Positions 40,937 to 52,689 of a stretch of 64,000 nt of DNA are shown here, in pieces. Position 1 is the first letter of the stretch, and every line of letters begins with the position of its first letter. The notes under the pieces were generated by a model. That model had not been told where the DNA came from, did not search any database, and saw only the letters and a list, made by a program, of their open reading frames with translations. The stretch covers positions 5,270,001-5,334,000 of the forward strand of contig CM060734.1 of the NCBI GenBank assembly GCA_030704615.1, in the 5' to 3' direction. A program made the position numbers and the translations under genes. The DNA comes from Takakia lepidozioides (taxonomy: Eukaryota > Plantae > Bryophyta).

Positions 40937-41968
40937 CCCCTTGTTGCCTTGAGCACGTTGAGGTAGTGGTTGGCTAGGAGCACCACTACCCCGTGGTGTC
41001 TCCTTAGCAAATCCCACCATGACCACTCGTTCCTCCACCATGTTGAGCTCTATCCGCTCTGCCAGCAAAAACACATTTGCTAAGGTGGGTTGGGCCGCTT
41101 GTAGGAGAGTTGCATCCCGCACCCTTCTCCTCAGCTCCTTGTCCAATATCCCATACCAGAATTGGACTGCCTGAGCTTCCGTAACCCCTTGGGTTACATT
41201 TATCAAGCGCCTCATGCGAGTGAAAGCCTCCCTCAAGCTCTCGGTCGGCTTCCGTTGGAACTCTTGCAAGCTCCGCAACTTCTCTGTCCTCACCCCTTGG
41301 TAGTTCCCTCTCAACTCTTCGAAGAACTCCACAACAGGGTTGAAGGCAGGCACGGGTGCTAGTGCTGGTGCGGTAGTGGCTTGGGTGGACGTCGTAGCTA
41401 CTGTACCACCAGTCCCACTGCTGCTTGCTGAAGCTGCCGGTGCAGCGGCAGGTGTAGCCACTGCCCTCGTGGCTCTAGTGCCCCTAGTGATGGAGACATA
41501 GTCGGGTGACCAGTACATCCTCCACTCCTCGATCTCAACCTCATGCCCCCGCCTGAACTCATGGTAATCATCCATAGGCGGCCCCTCAAGGTGCTGAAAC
41601 AGCCCTTTCCATGCCATGAACGGCGTAAATAGTTGTGGATTGCGCATTTGCTGCAAATCACACCAACTATCAAACTCTTGGATAAAATCATCCAACTCAA
41701 TGGTGCCCACCGCCCCAGAGTACCTTCGTGGCCCCTTGGTAGCTCCATACATCTCCTCCATTGTGTCCCACAATAATGGCAAAGAAACAACTTGCACCGC
41801 CGGTATGAGCCCTCCTGATTCACAATCCGAATCAGAACCTTCCGTGGAAGACACAGGAGGTGAAGGTGGCCTAAACCGCACACCTCGTCTCGTGTACCCA
41901 CTAGTATCGCTAGTGCTCGAACCGGCACTGTCCCCAGCAACTAGTGGCACCTCCGTGTTGACACTCAA
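40928..41968 (-). CDS. Gag (capsid-like) portion of the polyprotein
   Basis: 346-aa ORF with YSG...LDDFIQEF and FQRKPTESLREAFTRM. It joins the next ORF if one G is restored at 40937-40940; the sister copy has that G. Confidence 0.85.
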   Translation of the reverse strand: MSVNTEVPLVAGDSAGSSTSDTSGYTRRGVRFRPPSPPVSSTEGSDSDCESGGLIPAVQVVSLPLLWDTMEEMYGATKGPRRYSGAVGTIELDDFIQEFDSWCDLQQMRNPQLFTPFMAWKGLFQHLEGPPMDDYHEFRRGHEVEIEEWRMYWSPDYVSITRGTRATRAVATPAAAPAASASSSGTGGTVATTSTQATTAPALAPVPAFNPVVEFFEELRGNYQGVRTEKLRSLQEFQRKPTESLREAFTRMRRLINVTQGVTEAQAVQFWYGILDKELRRRVRDATLLQAAQPTLANVFLLAERIELNMVEERVVMVGFAKETPRGSGAPSQPLPQRAQGNKGLR

Positions 41969-42254
41969 CCGGTCATGAACATGTCCCTAACCCCCTCTCC
42001 ACAAGGTAACCGGGTAGAGAACCTGTTGCGGCTTATGGTTTGGAATACTAAGTTCCTAACATAGCCTACACCTGAACTTGCATGACCATGGGAATATCAT
42101 GAAGATACTCCTCAAACCGCCCTCCACGAGCTTCAAAATTCGGCCTTCCAGACCACATGCCAGTCCTTAGTCCACCAGTGCCTCCACGAGTCAGCACAGG
42201 CCATCCACAGGTCAACACGGGCCACCACAGACCAGCACAGGCCCACACAGCTCA

Positions 42255-44285
42255 CTGGTCACAGCCATCACAGTCCCACAGGCCACTGGGCACAGCCTGT
42301 CACAGCCCCTCACAGCTCGTCACAGCCTCAAAGGCCTCAGGCACAGCCCGTCACAGCCCCAAAGGCCTCAGGCGCGGCCTGTCACAGCCCCAAAGGCCAT
42401 GGGCACGGCCTGTCACAGCCCCTCACAGCCCGTCACAGCCTCAAAGGCCTCAGGCACGGCCTGTCACAGCCCATCACAGCCCCAAAGGCCTCAGGCACGG
42501 CCTGTCACAGCCCCTCACAGCCCGTCACAGCCCCAAAGGCCTCAGGCGCGGCCTGTCACAAGCCCCTCACAGCCCGTCACAGCCCCAAAGGCCATGGGCA
42601 CGGCCTGTCACAGCCCCTCACAGCCCGTCACAGCCTCAAAGGCCTCAGGCACGGCCTGTCACAGCCCCTCACAGCCCGTCACAGCCCCAAAGGCCATGGG
42701 CACGGCCTGTCACAGCCCCTCACAGCCCGTCACAGCCTCAAAGGCCTCAGGCACGGCCTGTCACAGCCCCTCACAGCCCGTCACAGCCCCAAAGGCCATG
42801 GGCACGGCCTGTCACAGCCCCTCACAGCCCGTCACAGCCTCAAAGGCCTCAGGCACGGCCTGTCACAGCCCATCACAGCCCCAAAGGCCTCAGGCACGGC
42901 CTGTCACAGCCCCTCACAGCCCGTCACAGCCCCAAAGGCCTCAGGCACGGCCTGTCACAGCCCCTCACAGCCCGTCACAGCCCCAAAGGCCATGGGCACG
43001 GCCTGTCACAGCCCCTCACAGCCCGTCACAGCCTCAAAGGCCTCAGGCACGGCCTGTCACAGCCCGTCACAACCCCAAAGGCCATGGGCACGGCCTGTCA
43101 CAGCCCGTCACAGCCTCAAAGGCCTCAGGCACGGCCTGTCACAGCCCCTCACAGCCCGTCACAGCCCCAAAGGCCTCAGGCAGGGCCTGTCACAGCCCCT
43201 CACAGCCCGTCACAGCCCCAAAGGCCTCAGGCACGGCCTGTCACAGCCCCTCACAGCCCGTCACAGCCTCAAAGGCCTCAGGCACGGCCTGTCACAGCCC
43301 CTCACAGCCCCAAAGGCCATGGGCACAGCCTGTCACAGCCCGTCACAGCCCCACAGGCCTCAGGGCACAGCCTGTCACAGCCCGCACAGCCCGTCACAGC
43401 CCCAAAGGCCACTGGGCACAGCCTGTCACAGCCTGACACAGCCCGTCACAGCCCCACAGGGCACAGGGCACAGCCTGTCACAGCCCATCACAGCCCATCA
43501 CAGCCTCAAAGGCCTCAGGCACGGCCTGTCACAGCCCCTCACAGCCCATCACAGCCCCAAAGGCCATGGGCACAGCCTATCACAGCCCGTCACAGCCCCA
43601 CAGGCCTCAGGGCACAGCCTGTCACAGCCCCGCACAGCCCGTCACAGCCCCAAAAGGCCACTGGGCACAGCCTGTCACAGCCTGACACAGCCCGTCACAG
43701 CCCCACAGGGCATAGGGCACAGCCTGTCACAGCCCATCACAGCCTGTCACAGCTTGCCACAGCCCGTCACAGCCCGTCACAGCCGCAAAGGCCTCAGGCA
43801 CGGCCTGTCACAGCCCCTCACAGCCCATCACAGCCCCAAAGGCCATGGGCACAGCCTGTCACAGCCCGTCACAGCCCCACAGGCCTCAGGGCACAGCCTG
43901 TCACAGCCCCGCACAGCCCGTCACAGCCCCAAAGGCCACTGGGCACAGCCTGTCACAGCCTGACACAGCCCGTCACAGCCCCACAGGGCACAGGGCACAG
44001 CCTATCACAGCCCATCACAGCCCATCACAGCCTCAAAGGCCTCAGGCACGGCCTGTCACAGCCCCTCACAGCCCATCACAGCCCCAAAGGCCATGGGCAC
44101 AGCCTGTCACAGCCCGTCACAGCCCCACAGGCCTCAGGGCACAGCCTGTCACAGCCCCGCACAGCCCGTCACAGCCCCACAGGGCACAGGGCACAGCCTG
44201 TCACAGCCCATCACAGCCTGTCACAGCTTGCCACAGCCCGTCACAGCCCGTCACAGCTTGCCACAGCCTGTCACAGCCCCACACA
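42255..44285. repeat. ~2-kb minisatellite in the element's 5' leader; 10-bp core TCACAGCC(C/T)N in higher-order ~40-60-bp units
   Basis: Well over a hundred CACAGCC cores, interleaved with CAAAGGCCTCAGGCACGGCCTG or CAAAGGCCATGGGCACGGCCTG spacers. Confidence 0.97.
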
Positions 44286-47200
44286 TGGCCGCTCTGGCAG
44301 TTTAGCCATTTCTCCAAGGGGTTTAGCCACGCCAAGCTAGGGTTTGTGTCTCTTGGACTCTAGGCTTCTTTCCACCGAGCTATGGTGGCTGTGAGGAAAT
44401 CAGCAAGGTATCCTTGCTCTTTCGGCTCCCACACACCACCATAGTAGCCCTAAGCCATGAGGTGGTTGCCACAAACCAAGCCTTCTTTCTCACTTAGCCT
44501 ACCCAAACACGCCACTAAACTCAATGGCAAACAACCAAGCCCTGCTGGTTCCCAGCCCTTGTGAGCACTCATTCAAGCACTCTCCTTGGCCATAGCATCT
44601 GTCTTAGAGCCTCTTCCAGCCCCCTACACCTGCTGCTTCAAGAGTTGCGCTCCCTTCAAGCTTGAAGTTGAAACCCCAACTCACATAGGCCCTACAAGTG
44701 CTTTTCTTTCACTCCAAGTGGAAACCAGCCCTAGACCTTCCGTTCTAGCTCTCTAAAGCTTGAAAACAAGAGCCTCAATGGGCTGAAGGCATGCTCCACA
44801 CATGCCCCACTCTCACCATAAAAGAATCAGCTCCTTTGCTTCATTTCTTGCACCCACAAACCTGAAAATACAAGCTTCAGCATGCTGAAAGCATGCTCCA
44901 CATGCCCTACAGGGAAACCAGCCCCTTCCTTCCTTTCTTGCACTCCCACACCTGAAAGTGCAAGCCTTCACCAGGCTGATAGCATGCTCCACACATGCAT
45001 TGCCCTCACATAAGGGAAGTCAGCCCTTCCCTCTTCCTTGCTTGCCCTCCAAGCTTGAAGATGGAAGCTTCAATGAGCTGAATACATGCTCCACACATGC
45101 AACCTCTTCACACAAGAGATATCAGCCCCCTATCTTGGCTCCTTGGCTCCTTGATGCTCTCTAAGACAAGACTAAGCACTCCATAGCCTTTGCCAAGCTC
45201 CTGAAACCCTAAGGCTTACATTTCCAGCCACAAGACACTTCTCTTGTGGTGCAAGAGCTCTTCTTCCAAGCTCTGTAACCCTAGGTGCACATTCCATGGC
45301 CTTGCCGCACCTCTTAGCTCCTGTTCCAGCCCTGCTCTCGCCATGACAAGAGCCCTCTCAATGCTGAAGCTCGAGATTGAAACCCAATCTCACCATACTC
45401 CACAAAGTGCACTGATTTGCCCCAAGCCAAATCAGCCCTTTCGCTTGGTCTTGCAATCCTTCACACAATGAAGCTCGCATTCCCAAGTCCAGTTCTCAGC
45501 TTTGCCACCAAAGCCACTATAACCTGCTCTTGACTGGTCCTCTTCCCAATCGTGCTTGCTCATGCATGTACACAATCTGAAACCATCAAGGTGCTCTGGA
45601 ATTACCTACAGTATGGTGCTTTCATCTCTGAAGCTGAAGATCGAATGCCAAGGTTTACCACCTCGTAACCCACATCGCCTCCGCTTCTAACAACCAAGAG
45701 CTCCACGGTGCTCCTTGCATAACAACTTGGTTTCTCTCATTCTCAAGCAAAAACCACAAGTGCTACAACTAACTCGTATCTAGCACTCATAGATACGAGC
45801 TCATCTTTCTCGAGTGATAAAGAGGAAGAATACAAGCACAAGCTCATGCGAGCTCACAAAGCTGAAGCATAAACTCATGCATATATAACCTCATCACTCA
45901 AATACAAGTCAAGCCAAGTGCACCCCACGCCATGGGGAATCCACACTACGGCGCCATAGCTAGGCGCGGTGAGGCTCAACTCGAGAAAGATGAGCCTCCC
46001 GCGCTTGCCGTGAAGATAACCACTCCAGGGCCTAAATCTGCCTTGACCCCTGGATTGACACTTGGGCCAATCCCAAATGTCAATATGTAAAAGCTAGCTA
46101 TTTCCTAGCTAGTTTCACACTAGTGGTAAAATAACTTGACAAGCGTGTTTAGCTTATTCCCACGAGCACACACAACAACTTGCTGTTGAGTATAATGTTA
46201 GAGGGACCTTGAAGGAAAGGAGAAGAAAAAGAAAGTTGGACCACATTGACAACAAGGCACTCCATTAGTAGACAACCAACAACAAAATGTGGATGACTGC
46301 AATAAAAAACCACCAAAGAACAAGCATCATGACTATCAACATTCAAGTGTGCATTCATGATTAGTGAAACAAATGGATATGCATCTGTACTCCTGTAACA
46401 ATCCACACAAAGAGAACAATCCACAAATAGAGGATAAAAATCTGAAAAAACATTTCTCAGGGGAAACCCATCGTTGGTCTTTGTTCCTTGTGAGGAAAGA
46501 GAGTGGGTGTGGCACTTTGAAATAGGTTTATAGGTCTCGGCAGCCATCAGAACTCCACATAACCTTGCTGCTGCCCTCTGGCAAGAAGACAATCAAAGCC
46601 TAGAATTATTGGAATCCTGCCAAAGATCATTCCCATCCCCTCCCCCTCTCACCTAAGAATAGCCTCGAGGGTGTACTGGGCTTTCTACTGAGCATCACCC
46701 CCAACATGCTACGGACTTTGATGCTTTTGATTTTCGATTCTAACGGATTGGATCCTGCACCAGGCCCCTGCCCACAATCATGTACAATCACATACATGAA
46801 CAACTATTACAATACACATTGGTTTAGATTGTGTACTCCTAGTAAATCTTGGGTCAAATTTTGGTCATGGACAGCTTTCGATTCAGAGCATGTATCTACA
46901 CCAAAGATTCTTGTGAAAGACAACCCTTACCCCCTGAAGGAGTAGGTCCAGCTCAGCTTTTCTTGGTTGCAATCACAACAAGCTCCACTTGGCAGGCACA
47001 TGGGAAAATAACTCAAATGCTTGCCCCGGATAACTATGAGTAAGACTGTTCATATTTTGACAGGTTCATGAAAGAGTGGCTATCACACATAACATATCAA
47101 AGACCTAGACTTCAACTTACAGGCAATGTTCATTTCCTCATGTCAGTTTTCAAACTGAATTTTTGCCTCTTACTACATCTCTGGCCCTCAATTCCCTGTA

Positions 47201-47367
47201 CCCTACTCACTCTGCAGGTCAGATGAAGCGATACGTGACGTAATCACGTGACCTGAAGCCGGTGTACAATATGACAGCTTTGTACTTTATCCTTTCTGCT
47301 GCTGTCTCTCTTTCTCTTTGGTTGAAAATAGATGGTCATCCTTGCAACAGAGTAACAACATAGGGAG

Positions 47368-50300
47368 TGTCATGGTTTTAGTCATGGTTTACTAGAATAA
47401 CCTACTTCTAGTTAACTAGGACATTTTGGATATTTATATTCATATTTTGTGTGTTGGGACTTCATTTGGTCTCATATGCCAAGTGAGGTGTCAAGCCTCA
47501 CTTGGAACATGGGGATGGATTTTCCCCTTGTGAGGGTTGAGGAGGGCTCATCTTCTTGTAGTTGAGCCTCCATGAGCCTCTCCCACCTCCATAGCTCTAG
47601 GTATTGAGAGGGAGTGTGGTGAGGGCTTTTGTAGGGTGGATTCCTTTAACAAAGGTGCCCTTGGCTTGACTTAGTTTATATGATTGAGTGGATTCATGAG
47701 TGGAGTGTTTCCATTGTGTTCACTTTCATTTTCACTACAAGAAGATAACCTTATGGTTGCGAGTGCGGAGTATAAAGATTAGTTTGCACTTGTATGTTAA
47801 AGAGGTTAAGAGCTAGGAGAATTTAGCTTTTGTATCATGAGGCTTGAAAGGGTTGCAAGGAAAGGTACTTGTGGTGTTACACCAAGATGTTGGAGAGCTC
47901 AAGAAGGAGCTTGTTTTCCACAAGATTTGCAAGGATTGCAAGAGGGAAGTCTTGTGTGTGTGGAAACATGGATTCTAGGGTTTGAGAATCTTTTCTATGC
48001 ATTATCAATGGTGTATGCCATGACTTGTGGAGAGTGACTAAATGATTGTTGGTGCTCATTTCACTAGCAATCTAGGGTTAAGCAAACTCAAGTGTGCATG
48101 TTGTGGAAGAGAAGCCAAGGAGCTACACGGGGTTGGGCTTGAAGACAACAAGGGCAAGCACTTGGAGAGCATTATGAAGCTCAAGAGGTTAGAAGGGGAG
48201 CATGTGGAGGAATCTTCCACTGATGGTGGTGTGGAGCCAAGCTTAGGGCATTGGAAGAGCTAATTGGAGAACAAATTGTGGGAAGTCCTTGAAGATAGAT
48301 CATTATTCAAGCATGTTTCCCAAGTGTGGCTTCCAACTTCAAGCTTGAGGAGAGCTAGAAGGTGAAGGGAGCAAGTTGATTCCTTTGTATATGAGGTGAT
48401 GCATGTGTAAGCTTTGCCTTTTCAAGCTTGACATGAGTGGCTCTTGAGCTAGCAAGTGAAGGGAGCTTGAATGATCAAGGCTTGAGAGGAGACAAGGCTT
48501 GGTGGCTTGCCAAATACAAGCTTGATTTTGAGTTCCAATGAGTGATGGACCTGGTTGTGTGGCAAAATCATTGCTAAGTGGCTTGAATAGCTTGAGGTAA
48601 AGAAGATCAAGGGAATTTGTCTTGGTATCCCATAAAATTCATGGATCCAAAAGCACCATCGTCCCCTCTCTACTATAGTCACCCGCAGCAAACGAGCTAG
48701 CTCACTCCAGCTCGCGGCACTCCGCTCCGCGTCCACAACTAGTCACATGGATAAGGATTATGACATGGACATCCGCCAGGAATAAGGCATGGATGTCAGC
48801 GACATGCACCCCTTCGACGAATTATTCTTTGCAGCAGAGAACGCCTATCAGGCCCGTTCCACACAGAGCCCTGCGAAGGTCAGCACTGAGCAGACTCCAG
48901 CAATTCAAGCCATCACCACCCCGTCGTCTGCAACAACACCCGGGAAACGGCGCGTCCCACCTCAAACTGCAAACACCTCGCCAGTACAGCTCCCAGCTAC
49001 CACCCCCCACTCTAAGCGGTCAGCTAGCGAATCCAACAGATTAAGCATAGAGCTCCAAGGAGCACAACCCCTAGCTTGGTAAGGCTAAACCTCAAGGAAA
49101 TAGAGGGGGAAATGGCTAAACCCAGGGGGAAAATGGCTATTCCTAAGGAAAATACGTATAGGCCCAGGGGAATACTGGGGAAAATACTATGGCATATTCT
49201 CAGGAATATTCTTAGGGAACTTTGGGAACCTATTGGGAACTTGGAAACGCATTGGGAACATAGTGAGTCCTTGGAGGACTGTTTGGAATCCTTGGAGGAT
49301 TATTCGGGGTCCTTGGAGGACTATTTGGGGTCCTTGGAGGTCAATATTTGGCGAGCCTGAGGACTGGAGGACTATTGGGGGTCCTTGGAGGCCAATATTT
49401 GGCGAGCTTGAGGAGTCTTTGGTGACTTGGGTGAGGGACTATTTGGTGCCCTCGAGGGTCAAGTTTTGGCAGGCTCTTGGGGCCTTGGTGTACTGTTTGG
49501 AGTCCCATTGTGCAAGGTTTGGGAGCCTTAGTGAGATTGTTTGAGAGACATCTTGAGGGCTCTTGGAGAGTTATTTGAGAGACCCTTGAAAGGTAGTCTT
49601 GTCTATTGCTCCAGCAAGAGAGTGTGGAGATAGGGTAGTAGGATGAGAGCATGTTGAGATTAGGAATTGTTTTAGTCTCTCTTCCTTCTAGTCTTTCACC
49701 CTCACTGTAGGCCAAAACCTTTCCGTAGGTGGAGGCAAGAGTCAGTCCGGGTTTGGGCTGGGGTGTCATTGCAAGAGCGACATTGTGGAGTGATTTTGGT
49801 GTGGGGATGTTGTTGCTTTGATTTTCTTGTGTTTGGATCCCCCCCACACTTGCATGCTTGACTGTGCGCCATGTCAGTTTTGTGTGGGCGCTTGTTTTCA
49901 TAAGAGGTTGGTCCGGATTTGATCACCGGCCAATCCTAGAGCGTGTTGTCAGTGGTGAGGCTGGGGTGATGACCAATCAGACCATCATTGTTTCTCTTAT
50001 GGTGAGGCTGGGTTGATGACCAGCAGACCATATGAGTGCTTGTGGTGGATGCAGGTGCAGGTGTAGGTGTAGGTTTACGCTACGAACCTAGTAGTCTAAG
50101 CCATTAGTCGCAATAGGTTCTCTACCCGGTTACCTTGTGGAAAGGGGGATTAGAGACATGTTTACAACAGGTGTGGTTATGAGTTTTAATCATGGAGGTG
50201 CCACCAGTTGCTGAGGGGAGTGCCAGTGCGAGCACCAGCAATACTAGTGGGTACACAAGACGTGGTGTGTGGTTTAGGCCACCTTCACCTTCATTGTCTT

Positions 50301-52308
50301 CTGAGGAGGGTTCAGACTCTGAGTCAGGAGGATTCTCGCCAAGGGTGCAAGCCATTTCCATGCCATTGTTATGGGACACGAGGAGAGGAGATGTATGGAG
50401 CTACCAAGGGGCCACGTAGGTACTCTGGAGCTGTCGGCACCATCGAGCTTGATGACTGCATACAGAAGTTTAATAGTTGGTGTCGCGGCCCTTTGCCTTG
50501 AGGGCAGGGGGTCGGGACACAAGAGGGGCTGCCCCTGTGGTGGGGGCAGTGGCAACAATAGGTACGGGGGCTGAAGCACCCTTGAGTGCCCAAGGCACTC
50601 AAGGAGGCGGAGGCGCTCACTAGGTGGAGCCCCGCACACCGGGTTACGGTGGGGGTGGTTCCACGAGGGGTGGTGGTAGCTTAGTGGGTCTTAGTGGGGG
50701 TGGCGTAGGACTCACCATGGGGCGGAGACCTTGTGGTGGGAGTCGTGGGGAGTCTTGGGACTCAGCACGGTCCATTGGGGCCGTGGTGGGTGGGCCAAGA
50801 CTCACCGCGACTCATCACTGGGAGTCAAAGGTCTTCGTGGTGGTTCGCCATAAAATGACTGGGTTGTTTGTGAAACCCCCGCGGACAGTCATAGAAGTAT
50901 ATATTGGGAGTAGTAACCCCGAGAACGGTGCAAGCCCGTTGGTGATCAAAAACTAGTGAGTAAGCGTGCGAGCCGGAAAACGACCAAGGTGTGGGGAGCT
51001 GTTCCGGACTGCCAACAACCAAAGGGAATTTCCACTAGGCCCAAAGTGAGCAAGGGTCTTGTGGAGGAGCAAAGGGGGACAGTTATGTCCCGGTGAGCAG
51101 CCGAAGCTCCGAGTTGGCCCGGCGGCCAGTTTGGGAGTTAGACGCGCGCATCAAAGCGAGTAACTATAACTTGAAGGGGATCTTACCGAAGTTAGTGCGC
51201 GACACTTGGTGTGATTTGCAGCAGATGCGCAATCCACAACTGTTTACGCCTTATATGGCGTGGAAGGGGATGTTTCAGCACCTTGAGGGGCCGCCCATGG
51301 ACGATTACCATGAGTTTAGGCGGGAAAATGAGGTGGAGATTGAGGAGTTGCGACAATATTGGTCACCTGACTATGTCTCCATCCCTAGAGACACAGTGGC
51401 AAGATCCACGGCAACCATGGCAGCAGCTACACCAGCGGCTTCTGCAAGCAGCAGTGGAACAAGTGGGTCATGATCAGCTGGGACATCTACTATAGCTCCT
51501 GCCGTTGCACCAACACCTATGTCTGCCTTCAACCCGATTGTGGAGTTTTTCCAAGAGTTGAGAAGAAACTACTAGGGGGTGAGAATAAAGAAGTTGCGGA
51601 GCTTGCAAGAGTTCCAGCGTAAGTCTACTGAGAGTTTGAGGGAGGCTTACACTCGCATGAGGCGCTTGATAAATGTAATCCAAGGGGTTACAGAAGCTCA
51701 GGCAGTCCAATTCTGGTATGGGATATTGGACAAGGAGCTGAGGAGAAGGGTGCGGGATGCAACTCTCCTACAAATGGCCCAACCCACCTTAGCAAATGTG
51801 TTTTTGCTAGTAGAGCGGATAGAGCTCATATGGTGGAGGAGCGGGTGGTCATGGTGGGGTTTGGCAAAGATGTACAACGAAGCGGTGCTCCTAGACAACA
51901 ACAACCAACCCCCCAACGTGCTCAAGGCAACAAGGGGGCTTAGACGAAGCCCAGGGAAAGTCAGAGAGAATCTCAGATGTAGATGTCTCTTCCTTCATTC
52001 TCAGGCCAGCAACAGACGAGTGTGTCATGTTGGGATTGTGGAGGACCACATGTGAAGAAGGATTGTCCAGAGAGAGGCAAATGGTCGGCACAGGCACCTA
52101 CACAACTACAGTATGGACATTGTGGCAAGTATGGGCATGAGGAGGCCCTTTGTTATGATTTGCATCCTGAGCTATGGCCAAGCCAGTTCCAAGGGAACAA
52201 TGGTGGCCGAGGACGAGGTAATGTAGTTCAAAGATGAAGATGAGGCAGAGGTCGTAGTGGAGGTCGTAACCAAAACCAATGAGCACGGGGTCAAGGTCAA
52301 GGTCATGA
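47368..52308 (+). mobile_element. Decayed, 3'-truncated sister copy of the DNMT-Gypsy family (leader + gag + zinc knuckles)
   Basis: Starts TGTCA and shares leader blocks with the first copy (GGCTCATCTT...GTTGAGCCTC; CCCTAGCTTGG..GGCTAAAC; GGTTCTCTACCCGGTTACC). The gag at 50190-52300 is co-linear with 41968-40560 but has stops. Cut at 52309 by the DNA transposon. Confidence 0.9.
50481..51204 (+). mobile_element. Solo LTR (724 bp) inserted in gag of the sister copy
   Basis: Termini TGTCGCG...CGCGACA. TSD GTTGG/CTTGG (one mismatch). Splits the gag codons ...SW|CDLQQ. Same family as 12058-12757. Confidence 0.95.
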
Positions 52309-52689
52309 CATGGGGGGTGCACTCCAGCCAATATGTACCAGCCACGTGCGTGCACAGGAGGGGGTATTTTAAACCCCTCCATGTACAACATTATACATAT
52401 AGAGGGGGGTTTATATCACCTTAAATATAATCTTATAGGAGGGGGTTATAGAATTTTAGGAGTAGTCTAGTGGTAAGGGCGTAGAATGTGTCGTGATGCA
52501 CCGCGGGATCAAATCGCGATGCAATGTTGTTTTGTTTTGTTTTTTTGTTTTTTTTTCTCCCCGCGATCTGTCTCCCGCGGGCTCTCTTTTCCCTCCTCCC
52601 CCGCACCCCTTCCGTGTCAGCATGGTCTTAGCAGGCCGAGAGAGAGAGATTATAATGTTCATAGGGATACTGAATTCTGTTCTTTGAAG

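Larger units (their letters stand above)
34217..46141 (-). mobile_element. Near-intact Ty3/Gypsy retrotransposon encoding a C5 DNA methyltransferase and a PHD finger
   Basis: Gag, 2 zinc knuckles, DSGA protease, DNMT motifs I-X, RT (YIDD), RNaseH, integrase, GPY/F-like region and PHD, all in order on one strand. Termini TGTC...GACA flanked by AGCG(TGT) direct repeats (34213, 46142). PPT-like AGGGGGACGAT at ~34405-34415. Boundaries are less certain than the content. Confidence 0.9.

Noticed and set aside
42157-44340. 727-aa P/S/H/Q-rich ORF
   Set aside because: It is a by-product of a stop-poor minisatellite, antisense to the element, with several frames open.
47733-47745. CACTACAAGAA resembling a CACTA terminus
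   Set aside because: No partner TIR or subterminal repeats; it lies within the retroelement leader.
48624-48632. TGGTATC as a tRNA-iMet PBS
   Set aside because: The match stops after 7 nt, it is not preceded by an LTR CA end, and it is not conserved in the intact copy.
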